Assembly: GCA_029257865.1 (NCBI GenBank)
Contig: JARIAN010000103.1
Location: 9,776 to 73,775, forward strand
Source: Phocaeicola sp.
Lineage (GTDB): Bacteria > Bacteroidota > Bacteroidia > Bacteroidales > Bacteroidaceae
DNA length: 64,000 nt
Direction: 5' to 3'
A model generated the notes under the pieces. That model was not told where the DNA came from. It did no database searches and saw only the letters and a list, made by a program, of their open reading frames with translations. The stretch's first letter is position 1. The number at the start of each line of letters is the position of its first letter. A program made the translations under genes and the position numbers. Positions 8,371 through 17,406 of the stretch are shown one piece after another.

Positions 8371-8480
8371 TTCAGATCGTCGGCATATTTTTACCCGATC
8401 TTGTAATTATTTCAGCGAAAATAATTACATATTTTCCCTAAAATGATTACAAGATTCCCTAAAAATGTCAGCATGATTTC
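8371..8480 (-). repeat. conserved intergenic element, copy A (22-bp-phased AAAATATG boxes)
   Basis: Minus strand reads ...AAATCATGCTGACATTTTTAGGGAATCTTGTAATCATTTTAGGGAAAATATGTAATTATTTTCGCTGAAATAATTACAAGATCGGGTAAAAATATGCCGACGATC. It shares an 18-mer and about 75% identity with copy B, and two 17-mers at identical 27-nt spacing with copy C. Confidence 0.75.
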
Positions 8481-8747
8481 ACTCCCTCCCTATAAAACAA
8501 GTAGAAATTCCCCCTTCTTTCTCTCTAATTAATGCAATCTTATCGGGCCGAAATGTTATAAAATGTATATAAAGATAACTTTTTGCTAATATCCTACACG
8601 GTTTCGGTTATGCAAACCATGCTGCCATTTAAAGGATATATGCCAGTGATTTCACAAAAAGACAAAAGGCCGCCTCAAAACTCCGGTAAAAACCGGTGTC
8701 GAAGCAGCCTCTATTATCAAATGGAAAAATGAATTTCTAGTCCAGAC

Positions 8748-9797
8748 TCAACGTATAGTCACCATAGTAGCCCCAAATCCGTATTCACGGAAAGAAGCAT
8801 CCTGACTAGGATAGTTCTTGTACTTGCGTTTCAACTCGTCTAAAATGGCACGGCGCAGCACTCCGTCTCCCTTTCCGTGAATAAACACAATACGTTGGCC
8901 TTTCTTGCTCTTGTATTCTTCTAACGTGTTGCGGAACACATCCAACTGATAGTTCAACATCTCCGCATTTCCCATGCCAGTAGTATCGTCAAGCAGTTCG
9001 TGGATATGAAGGTCTATTTCCACGATGTCGTTTTTCACCTTTTTCTGCTGACGTTGCACCTTGGCCGGAACTTCCTGTGATGATTTCTGAAGAATGGCTT
9101 CACGAAGGTCATCTGCCGACAAGAACACCTCTTGGGCTACTTCATCGTCACGCACGATATCGTAGACCAATGCCGGCTCTTCAAAGAAGTCTGACTCCTG
9201 GAAGGTATGCAGCTTATAAAATTTTACCGTATCGATACGCAACTCCTTATTGACAGCACCCTTCAAGAGGAAAGAGCGGTCGTCCTTATAAGCTAGCAGC
9301 TGCACTGCCATCTTTTCCATTCCTCCCAAGGCACTCTTTTCAAACTCCTCAAGGTGCATCTTCATATTCGGCTTGATGGTGCCCCTGCTGCGTAAGGTCC
9401 AGCTGTTTCCTTCGGCCGAAAGGTACAGATAGTCTACAAAATAGTTGCTGTCGTTCACCAGATAGGCGTCAAATGCAGTAGAAGAGATGGCTTTCACATC
9501 CTGTGGCACGTATGCCAGGAACACGTTCAGCACATCGTTCCCTCTCACTTCCGGCGCACGGTAAGTAATCGGTTTCTCCACCTCTTCTTCTTCCTCCTCC
9601 TGCTGCGGCGCCGGCTTGGCAACCGATTTCAATGGAATATTATAGTCGTCGGTCTGAATCACCACACATTCTTTTATCAGCATCGGGATTTCAAAACCGT
9701 CTTCATCTTCTACCAGAGCCACGTCTTTACCCTGAAAGCCGCGTACTACTCCTCCTCCCACTTCACTCAGGAAGCGTACTTTATCTCCTATTTTCAT
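8748..9797 (-). CDS. Smr/MutS2-C domain protein
   Basis: The C-terminal IDLHIHEL...[26 protein letters not shown] is a typical Smr domain. The N-terminal KIGDKVRFL region is KOW-like. A poly-Glu linker joins them. Confidence 0.85.
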   Translation of the reverse strand: MKIGDKVRFLSEVGGGVVRGFQGKDVALVEDEDGFEIPMLIKECVVIQTDDYNIPLKSVAKPAPQQEEEEEEVEKPITYRAPEVRGNDVLNVFLAYVPQDVKAISSTAFDAYLVNDSNYFVDYLYLSAEGNSWTLRSRGTIKPNMKMHLEEFEKSALGGMEKMAVQLLAYKDDRSFLLKGAVNKELRIDTVKFYKLHTFQESDFFEEPALVYDIVRDDEVAQEVFLSADDLREAILQKSSQEVPAKVQRQQKKVKNDIVEIDLHIHELLDDTTGMGNAEMLNYQLDVFRNTLEEYKSKKGQRIVFIHGKGDGVLRRAILDELKRKYKNYPSQDASFREYGFGATMVTIR

Positions 9798-9939
9798 AGA
9801 TACATATTTTTAAATGAATCGTTTACTACTTGCAAAAATAATAACTTTTCATCTGATAAGAAACAAATGTAGCTTGCAACTTATCCGAAATAAAAACTGT
9901 ATCTTTGCCTGATTTTGATTTTAAATACACATTATATAT

Positions 9940-11157
9940 ATGGAAGAAACCAAACATATTAAAATAAGCGATTACAACTATCCGCTGCCGGACGAAAGAA
10001 TCGCAAAATTCCCTCTCCCGGTAAGAGACCAGTCGAAACTGCTGATATATCGCCACGGAGAAATCAGCGAAAACAAATTCACCTCCCTGCCTGAATACCT
10101 GGAAAAAGGAACGCTGATGGTATTCAACAACACGAAAGTGATTCAGGCCCGACTGCATTTCAGAAAAGAGACCGGAGCCCTGATTGAAATATTCTGCCTG
10201 GAGCCAATACAGCCTAACGATTATGTGCTCAATTTCCAGCAGACCCAACATGCTGCATGGCTCTGCATGATTGGCAATCTGAAAAAATGGAAAGAAGGTG
10301 CGCTCCATAAAGAGATGGAAGTGAAGGGAAAAACCATCACACTGACCGCCACAAGGGGCGAATGCAAAGGCACCAGCCACTGGGTAGACTTCACATGGGA
10401 CAACGACAGCATTACTTTCGCCGATATTCTGGAAGTGTTTGGCGAACTGCCCATCCCTCCTTACTTGAACCGTGAAACACAGGAAAGTGACAAAGAGACT
10501 TATCAAACGGTCTACTCCAAAATCAAAGGTTCGGTGGCTGCTCCTACAGCAGGACTTCACTTTACCGAAAGAGTACTGAACAGCCTCAACGAAAAAGGAG
10601 TAGAACTGGAAGAGGTGACCCTGCACGTGGGGGCAGGAACTTTCAGACCGGTAAAGAGTGAAGAGATTGAAGGGCATGATATGCACACGGAATATATCTC
10701 TGTAAACCGCTCTACCATCGACAAACTCATTGCCCACGAAGGGAAAGCCACAGCCGTAGGCACCACATCAGTGCGTACCCTTGAAAGCCTGTACCATATC
10801 GGAGTAACTATCAGCCGGTATCCGGAAGCTACGCAAGAAGAACTGCACGTAAAACAATGGCAACCTTATGAAACAGAAACTGCCCTGACGGCGGTTGAAT
10901 CGCTACAGGAGATTGCAGCCTATATGGACCGCAACCATTTGGATGCCCTCCATACCAGCACTCAGATCATCATTGCACCGGGATATCAGTACCGCATAGT
11001 CAACCAGATGGTCACTAATTTCCATCAGCCTCAAAGCACGCTGCTGTTGCTTGTCTCTGCATTCACCAAAGGAAACTGGCAAGCTATCTACCGCTACGCA
11101 CTGAGCCACGACTTCCGCTTCCTCAGCTACGGCGACTCTTCTTTACTCATCCCATAG
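9940..11157 (+). CDS. queA: S-adenosylmethionine:tRNA ribosyltransferase-isomerase
   Basis: Begins ISDYNYPLPDERIAKFPL..RDQSKLL. Contains GSVAAPTAGLHFT and ends with the NFHQPQSTLLLLVSAF motif. A TATCTTTG box lies at 9900-9907. Confidence 0.95.
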   Translation: MEETKHIKISDYNYPLPDERIAKFPLPVRDQSKLLIYRHGEISENKFTSLPEYLEKGTLMVFNNTKVIQARLHFRKETGALIEIFCLEPIQPNDYVLNFQQTQHAAWLCMIGNLKKWKEGALHKEMEVKGKTITLTATRGECKGTSHWVDFTWDNDSITFADILEVFGELPIPPYLNRETQESDKETYQTVYSKIKGSVAAPTAGLHFTERVLNSLNEKGVELEEVTLHVGAGTFRPVKSEEIEGHDMHTEYISVNRSTIDKLIAHEGKATAVGTTSVRTLESLYHIGVTISRYPEATQEELHVKQWQPYETETALTAVESLQEIAAYMDRNHLDALHTSTQIIIAPGYQYRIVNQMVTNFHQPQSTLLLLVSAFTKGNWQAIYRYALSHDFRFLSYGDSSLLIP

Positions 11158-11200
11158 GCTGTTAAAATTTTATTACAATATATTTCATATTGCTTTATAA

Positions 11201-11236
11201 GTGGGGTTTTCTTGACGCATATCAAGAAAACCCCAC
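11201..11236 (+). terminator. intrinsic terminator after queA
   Basis: GTGGGGTTTTCTTGA-CGCATA-TCAAGAAAACCCCAC forms a perfect 15-bp stem, followed by TTCTTTC. Confidence 0.8.
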
Positions 11237-11285
11237 TTCTTTCTATTTTTATGCTATATAACATACTATTTTCTCCAGAAAACAC

Positions 11286-11293
11286 TACCTTTG
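11286..11293 (+). promoter_or_regulatory. -7 box TACCTTTG of an orphan small transcription unit
   Basis: Exact TAnnTTTG match, about 100 nt upstream of the small ORF at 11395. Confidence 0.5.
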
Positions 11294-11394
11294 CATCAGA
11301 AAACGAAACAAGAGAGAAAATCTATAGATAATACACAAATTAAACGTCTCCGTGAGGAAACAATAACTAAACGAAATAAAGAAAGGATAACATT

Positions 11395-11478
11395 ATGAAA
11401 AAGGTAAAAAGTTTTCTCAACACAGTAAAAGAAAATATGCAGTGGAGTGCTTTGGCTATCTATGGTCATACTAGATAA
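11395..11478 (+). CDS. candidate 27-aa small protein (or the transcript is a non-coding RNA)
   Basis: MKKVKSFLNTVKENMQWSALAIYGHTR*, preceded by purine-rich AAAGAAAGGATAACATT. It sits between its own -7 box and its own terminator. No homology could be assessed. Confidence 0.35.
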   Translation: MKKVKSFLNTVKENMQWSALAIYGHTR

Positions 11479-11514
11479 TCAAGCCTCAACACAGCAAGAC
11501 TTTTACTAAAATGC

Positions 11515-11560
11515 AAGAGAGTTAGCAATTCAATTAGGCTAGACTCTCTTTTCGTTTTTT
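11515..11560 (+). terminator. intrinsic terminator of the small transcription unit
   Basis: AAGAGAGTTAGC...GCTAGACTCTCTT forms a 12-bp stem with one bulge, followed by TTCGTTTTTT. Confidence 0.7.
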
Positions 11561-11726
11561 ATACCCCACCTAAACAACTTCCCTATTTTCACCATTGAAA
11601 TGGCAAACATAAAAAAACCGCAGATTCTCTGTTATCCTATCTTTTCATGATAGCAACCACAGACAACCCACGGCTTTATCTGTCAGGCCAAGCCCGAGCA
11701 GTTCATTCTTTCAGTCTTAACTAAGA

Positions 11727-12632
11727 TTAGAACAGTTTAGAAGGATATTCACCAGCATCCACCAATGCCTGAATCTTATCTACCACACCCTGACGGTCTG
11801 CAGCGTAAGTCACACCGAACCACTTAGAAGTAGTGTCCAGCACTTTCACAGTAGCAGTACCTTCGTTGACCAATTTGTTAACCATCAAAGGAATAAAGTA
11901 TTCAGCCTTCAAGTTTTCGCTGTTAGCCTTCAAGAAGTCAACGAAATAGTCTTCAGAGTATTTGAAATAGTCTGGAGTGAATCCCCACATATTCATAGAT
12001 ACAGGAGTATTGTCGTCTACAGCTACCCATTCTCCCTTTTCATCCTTATAAGATACAGCACCGTCTACACGCATGATTTCAGTGCGTTCAACAACAGTAG
12101 TCAAGTTACCTGCTTCGTTAGCAGAGCAGATACCACGAGCTACAGTACCGCTTTCAGACAAAGTGTTACCAATGCGGAATCCTACCATTGAATAATCGTT
12201 TGTAGCACCTTCTGGAAGTTCTGACAAATACTTGCCCAATACAGCAAAACTGTCACGGCCATAGAAGTCGTCGGCATTGATTACAGCAAATGGCTCTTTG
12301 ATGGCATCCTTACCCATCAAAACAGCGTGGTTAGTACCCCATGGTTTTACACGTCCTTCAGGACAAGTGAAACCTTCTGGCAGATTGTCGATATCCTGGA
12401 ATACTACTTCTACTGGAATATGGTTTTCGTATTTGCTTACAATTTTCTCACGGAAATCTTTTTCAAAATCACGACGGATTACGAAAACGAGTTTTCCAAA
12501 TCCACCTCTGATTGCGTCAAAGATTGAATAGTCCATGATTGTTTCTCCGCTTGGACCCAGTCCATCAAGCTGCTTAAGACCACCGTAACGGCTTCCCATT
12601 CCAGCAGCCAATACAAATAAAGTTGGTTTCAT
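11727..12632 (-). CDS. sugar-phosphate nucleotidyltransferase family protein
   Basis: The N-terminal LAAGMGSRYGGLKQL motif is a G-rich NTP-transferase loop. A TACCTTTG box lies at 12660-12667 on the minus strand. Confidence 0.85.
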   Translation of the reverse strand: MKPTLFVLAAGMGSRYGGLKQLDGLGPSGETIMDYSIFDAIRGGFGKLVFVIRRDFEKDFREKIVSKYENHIPVEVVFQDIDNLPEGFTCPEGRVKPWGTNHAVLMGKDAIKEPFAVINADDFYGRDSFAVLGKYLSELPEGATNDYSMVGFRIGNTLSESGTVARGICSANEAGNLTTVVERTEIMRVDGAVSYKDEKGEWVAVDDNTPVSMNMWGFTPDYFKYSEDYFVDFLKANSENLKAEYFIPLMVNKLVNEGTATVKVLDTTSKWFGVTYAADRQGVVDKIQALVDAGEYPSKLF

Positions 12633-12768
12633 AAATATTGTGTTTTGTTAGTAACTGCACAAAGGTAGAAAATAAATATGAGAAGAAAGCACTTGTTCTT
12701 CTACAAAATCAATACTATTTCCAGTTATTTTGTGTATATTCGCAGTTGTATAACGATAAAAACAACAC

Positions 12769-15700
12769 ATGAAAAAATTTCTAAGACGAGCTGGAATTAT
12801 TATTTCCATCCCTTTTATTATATTTACGATACTCTGTATTTTGGTATATCTCCCTCCTATCCAAAATTTTGCGGTAAGGACTGCTACCAAATATGCCTCG
12901 GAAGCGACCGGAATGAACATCAATATAGAAAGAATTTCCCTCTCGTTCCCTCTAGACATTGTTGTACACAACACCTTAATTATAGACCAACAGGATACCA
13001 TATTGAATGCGCATAGGCTAAAAGCCGAAATACAACTGTGGCCTTTGCTGAAAAAACAGATTGAACTGGACGGACTTGAATTGAAGCAAGCATCGGTAAA
13101 TACCGCCAACCTGATAGAAGGCATGAAACTGCAAGGCGAGCTCGGCAAACTGTTCATCGCCTCGCATGGAGTCAACTTGACTCCAGAAACAGCCGTTGTC
13201 AACACCGTGTCACTGGAAGATACCCATCTGGCCATCTGCCTCACCGACACCACTGCCGCCGACACTGCCTCCACCGACCCGCTCTACTGGAAGATACACC
13301 TGAAAGACGTGGACTTCAAGAATGTATCTCTTGCCATGCAAATGCCGCTCGACAGTATGGATTTCTCCATTGCTTTAAGCAAAGCTGCACTGCGCAATGG
13401 CTGGGTAGACTTGCATAAATCGGCTTATGCTGCCGAGAAGTTCATGCTGACAGAAGGAAAAATCAATCTGCGCAGCGGAAATGTAATGGAAGACATCAAA
13501 GGCTTCGACCCTTCAAACATCAGCATCACACAACTGAACCTTGCTGTAGACTCCATCTATTTCGCCGACCAAGATATCCAAGCACAAATCAAGAAGTTCG
13601 TGCTGAAAGAACGTTCCGGCATCGAAGTGACTTCCACCAAAGGAAGTCTGCTCTCAGATGCTAAAGGACTTCATATACCTACCCTTAAACTAAAAACTTC
13701 CGATTCTTATCTGGAAATGAAGGCCTCCATGGACTGGGCTGCTGCCGACTTGTCGCACAACGGAAGTATCTATGCGCGATTAATGGCAGACATCGGAAAG
13801 AATGATTTAGGACGCCTGGCAGGTACCGACTCGGAGGAACTGATTAAAGCCTTACCGAACCATCCTCTGCAAATACGTGCCGGTGTAGACGGAAGCATCA
13901 ATCACTTGCGACTGTCTTCTTTATCGGCCGGCATACCGCAGGCTTTCCAATTTTCAGCGAATGGTGAACTATTATATGCCATCGACTCGCTACGACGCAA
14001 CGGATCTCTTAATCTGGAACTGACTACTGAAAATATGAACTTTATTAAAGTTCTGGCTCCGGGATTCCACATTCCAGCCGACTTAAAGTTATCGGGACAA
14101 GCCGCTGTAGAAAAAGACTCAATAGGTACTGTTTTGACTTTACTCACCGGTGGAAATCAAGGAAAAGTACAAATTAAAGGTCAGTATAATCTGCATCATG
14201 ACTTTTATAATGCCAATCTGCAGATTGACTCACTCAATCTGCACCAGTTCATGCCTAAAGACACCTTGTATCGCCTGTCAGCATCCTTGCTTGCCGAGGG
14301 TCAAGGATTTGATATCTTTTCACCAAAAACAAAAGCCTTAGTGGAAGGGGAATTGCATTCTTTACAATTTGGGCATCAAGTTCTTGCAGGTATTGACTTC
14401 AATGCTTCACTCAAAGAAAGCAAAGCCAATGCTATCCTAAATATCAAGAATAAATGGACTGATACCAAAGCAGAACTGCAAGGAGACATTACAGCCGAAC
14501 AGATTACTGCTACGCTGAGCACCAAAGTAAAATACTTGGATTTAAAGGCAATGGATATCACAAGTAATCCATTGACTCCATCATTTAACCTATCAGCCAA
14601 AGTTAAAACTGATATGAATATGGTTCATCTGCTGCGTACAGACATGACCAATATTAAGCTTAGCAGCAAAGTGGGTGTATTCAATATGAAAGATATCCAT
14701 GCTACTGCCAACTTCCGCCAAGATTCATTACTAAGCTATATTCATGCCGGAGACTTAGTGTTTTGGTTTCAGTCACCAAACAACATGGACCACCTAATGG
14801 CTTCCATCAATCGTTTTTCTACTGAATTGGACGCACAATGGAAAAGAAAATCATTCAACCAAGAGGTATTGAAAAAAATGATGCCTGATGCCCATTTCGG
14901 TATCTATGCAGGACACGACAATCCATTGTCGAACCTACTGGCTACCAATAAAATCAAATTCAACAAGTTAAACTTCAGGTTTGAGACATCACCACAAGAA
15001 GGAATACATACGTATGCCAACTTGTATGGTTTCCGCACAGACAGCTTAAAACTGGATACCATCTTCTTTAATGCTTATCAAGATTCCAGTTTCCACTTTG
15101 CGGGTGGGGTAAAGGCACTTCCTTATAAGAAACAGGAAGCCTTCAACATCGACCTTACCGCCGGGTTCAAGTCGGAAAACGGAGATATCAACCTGGTCTA
15201 TCGTAACGAAAAAGGACAAGAGGGAGTCAATTTGGGCACATCCATCTTCTTGCGCGACAAGGGAATGAGTATCCACCTCTCTCCTGCCAACCCTACATTG
15301 GTATACCGTACCTTCCAAGCCAATCCGGACAACTATATCTATATGAACGATGAAGGAAGAATTGATGCCGACCTGGATTTGTTTGACAAGAAACAGTCGG
15401 GACTGTCTCTTCACTCTACCCCCGACTCATTGGCTTTACAAAACCTGACATTGGGTATACACAACATCGACATCGAAGAATTTCAACGTGTCATACCTTA
15501 TATGCCAGACATAGCCGGTTTTATCAATGCAGAAACACATATCATTCAAACGAAAGAAAATATGCAGATTTCCGCAGAAACAGGAATCAGCAAACTAGCA
15601 TATAACAAACATTACCTAGGTGACTTAACCATGAGTTTGGCATATCTCCCCCATTCAAAAGATACCCACTATGCCGATGGATTCATTGCATTAGACGGGA

Positions 15701-17406
15701 AAGAAATAGCCAGCCTAAGCGGAACATATTCAACGGAAGAATCAGATGAAAACAACAATCAATTTGACTCTGAAATCCAATTGACACACTTTCCTCTCAA
15801 CATGGCCAATGCCTTCATTCCAAATCAAATGGCCATCATAGATGGAAAACTAGATGGAAAACTATCCTTAACTGGAAGTACTGCACAACCCATATTCAAC
15901 GGACAACTTACTTTAGACCAAGTAACCGTTGATGTGCCACAAGCTTCACTCAAACTAGCCATGGATAACAAGCCCATAATAATAAAAGAAAGTAAACTTA
16001 CATTTAGCCAGTTTCATATACTGACGGAAGGACAATCACCTTTCCTTATCAACGGAACAGTTGGTCTTGACGATATGAATTTTAATTTAAAAATGAATGC
16101 TAAAAACTTTGAGCTTTTCAATGCAAAAAAAAACAAAGAATCGCTTGTATATGGCAAACTTTATGTGGATATGAATTCAACAATTAAAGGGAATGCTGAT
16201 AACCTGAAAATTAGAGGAAACATGAATATCCTAGGTAGCAGTGACTTTACTTATATTCTTAAAGACTCCCCGTTGACAGTAGAAGACCGGCTTAATGAAA
16301 CCGTAACGTTTGTAAACTTCAACGACACACTTGCCAACATGTCCAATATGCCTACGCTCTCTCTTGGAGGAATTGACATGAGAATGACAATGCACATTGA
16401 TGAAGCAGTCCAAGCTAAGATAGACTTGAATACCGACGGCAGTAACTATATGAAACTGGAAGGTGGAGGAGACTTATCTTTCCAATACCAGCCTGACGGC
16501 ACAATGGTTATGAACGGAAGGTATATTCTTTTAAATGGCGAAATGAAATATCAGTTGCCCATCATGCCTACTCAACTTTTCCACATCAAAGAAGGCAGCT
16601 ATATTGAATGGACAGGAAATATTATGAACCCCAAAATGAATATCAAAGCCACAGAAAGAGTGAAAGCGTCCGTATCAAGTGACAATGGAACTTCACGAAA
16701 TGTAAACTTTGATGTAGGTATCAGTTTAACTAACCGACTGGATAATTTGGGATTTACCTTTACACTTGAAGCACCTGATGATGGAGCCATGCAAAACGAA
16801 TTGGCTGCGAAGTCACCTGCCGACAAGAATAAACTGGCTGTAACGATGCTGGTAACAGGACTTTACTTGGGAGATAATGAAAATGCGTCAGGAAAAGCTA
16901 ACACGAATAATACCCTAAACTCTTATCTACAAGGACAAATCAACAAGATGGCAGGGAAACTGGCTGGAAGTGCTTTGAAAACAGTCGATATCAACCTAGG
17001 CATTGAAAACAACCAGAATGAATCGGGAGGGTCTAGTACTGACTATAGTTTCCAGTTTGCAAAACGATTCTGGAACAACCGTTTCCAAATCATTATCGGC
17101 GGAAAGATTTCAACAGGAAATAATGTACAACAAGACGATTCTTTCATTGATAATGTATCTATTGAATACCGACTCGATAAGAGTGGAACTCGATACATCA
17201 AGATTTTCCACGACAAAAACTATGAAAGTATTCTTGATGGAGAGGTAATAGAAACCGGAGCCGGTGTGGTACTCAGAAAAAAGGTTAGCCGCTTGGGTGA
17301 ACTTTTCATCTTTCAAAATGACCGCAAAAAGAAAAAGTCGGACAAAAAGAATAAGGACAAAAAGAATAATGAAGCTAAAGAAGAAAAAGAGGATGAAAAA
17401 GAATAG
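12769..17406 (+). CDS. tamB: translocation and assembly module protein TamB (DUF490-type)
   Basis: 1545 aa with an N-terminal membrane anchor and a long beta-rich repetitive body. The C-terminal region has the DUF490-like ending IEYRLDKSGTRYIKIFHDKNYESILDG. It is followed by an overlapping BamA-family gene. Confidence 0.9.
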   Translation: MKKFLRRAGIIISIPFIIFTILCILVYLPPIQNFAVRTATKYASEATGMNINIERISLSFPLDIVVHNTLIIDQQDTILNAHRLKAEIQLWPLLKKQIELDGLELKQASVNTANLIEGMKLQGELGKLFIASHGVNLTPETAVVNTVSLEDTHLAICLTDTTAADTASTDPLYWKIHLKDVDFKNVSLAMQMPLDSMDFSIALSKAALRNGWVDLHKSAYAAEKFMLTEGKINLRSGNVMEDIKGFDPSNISITQLNLAVDSIYFADQDIQAQIKKFVLKERSGIEVTSTKGSLLSDAKGLHIPTLKLKTSDSYLEMKASMDWAAADLSHNGSIYARLMADIGKNDLGRLAGTDSEELIKALPNHPLQIRAGVDGSINHLRLSSLSAGIPQAFQFSANGELLYAIDSLRRNGSLNLELTTENMNFIKVLAPGFHIPADLKLSGQAAVEKDSIGTVLTLLTGGNQGKVQIKGQYNLHHDFYNANLQIDSLNLHQFMPKDTLYRLSASLLAEGQGFDIFSPKTKALVEGELHSLQFGHQVLAGIDFNASLKESKANAILNIKNKWTDTKAELQGDITAEQITATLSTKVKYLDLKAMDITSNPLTPSFNLSAKVKTDMNMVHLLRTDMTNIKLSSKVGVFNMKDIHATANFRQDSLLSYIHAGDLVFWFQSPNNMDHLMASINRFSTELDAQWKRKSFNQEVLKKMMPDAHFGIYAGHDNPLSNLLATNKIKFNKLNFRFETSPQEGIHTYANLYGFRTDSLKLDTIFFNAYQDSSFHFAGGVKALPYKKQEAFNIDLTAGFKSENGDINLVYRNEKGQEGVNLGTSIFLRDKGMSIHLSPANPTLVYRTFQANPDNYIYMNDEGRIDADLDLFDKKQSGLSLHSTPDSLALQNLTLGIHNIDIEEFQRVIPYMPDIAGFINAETHIIQTKENMQISAETGISKLAYNKHYLGDLTMSLAYLPHSKDTHYADGFIALDGKEIASLSGTYSTEESDENNNQFDSEIQLTHFPLNMANAFIPNQMAIIDGKLDGKLSLTGSTAQPIFNGQLTLDQVTVDVPQASLKLAMDNKPIIIKESKLTFSQFHILTEGQSPFLINGTVGLDDMNFNLKMNAKNFELFNAKKNKESLVYGKLYVDMNSTIKGNADNLKIRGNMNILGSSDFTYILKDSPLTVEDRLNETVTFVNFNDTLANMSNMPTLSLGGIDMRMTMHIDEAVQAKIDLNTDGSNYMKLEGGGDLSFQYQPDGTMVMNGRYILLNGEMKYQLPIMPTQLFHIKEGSYIEWTGNIMNPKMNIKATERVKASVSSDNGTSRNVNFDVGISLTNRLDNLGFTFTLEAPDDGAMQNELAAKSPADKNKLAVTMLVTGLYLGDNENASGKANTNNTLNSYLQGQINKMAGKLAGSALKTVDINLGIENNQNESGGSSTDYSFQFAKRFWNNRFQIIIGGKISTGNNVQQDDSFIDNVSIEYRLDKSGTRYIKIFHDKNYESILDGEVIETGAGVVLRKKVSRLGELFIFQNDRKKKKSDKKNKDKKNNEAKEEKEDEKE

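Noticed and set aside
8148-8441. 97-aa plus-strand ORF in the 8.0-8.7 kb gap.
   Set aside because: It overlaps repeat copy A on the wrong strand relative to the element's conservation. The reading frame is not preserved in copies B or C, and there is no promoter box or RBS-like context.
9826-10737. 303-aa ORF antisense to queA. Similar long antisense ORFs occur at 3835-4575, 12648-13274, 28422-29087, 30349-30870, 31515-32324, 34821-35504, 50378-51088 and 51884-52543.
   Set aside because: Each lies entirely inside, and opposite to, a gene with unmistakable family motifs. Their translations are low-complexity and motif-free (rich in Cys, His, Phe or Ser). They are shadow ORFs.
17264-17392. Track N-terminal extensions, for example MWYSEKRL... 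on the BamA-like gene. The same applies to 5284-5367, 8009-8047, 23467-23538, 33082-33123, 34194-34238, 35925-35957, 40357-40416, 46853-46900 and 55308-55331.
   Set aside because: In each case an internal ATG gives a canonical N-terminus: a signal peptide, a lipobox or a family-typical start. The extension overlaps an upstream gene, promoter box or terminator.
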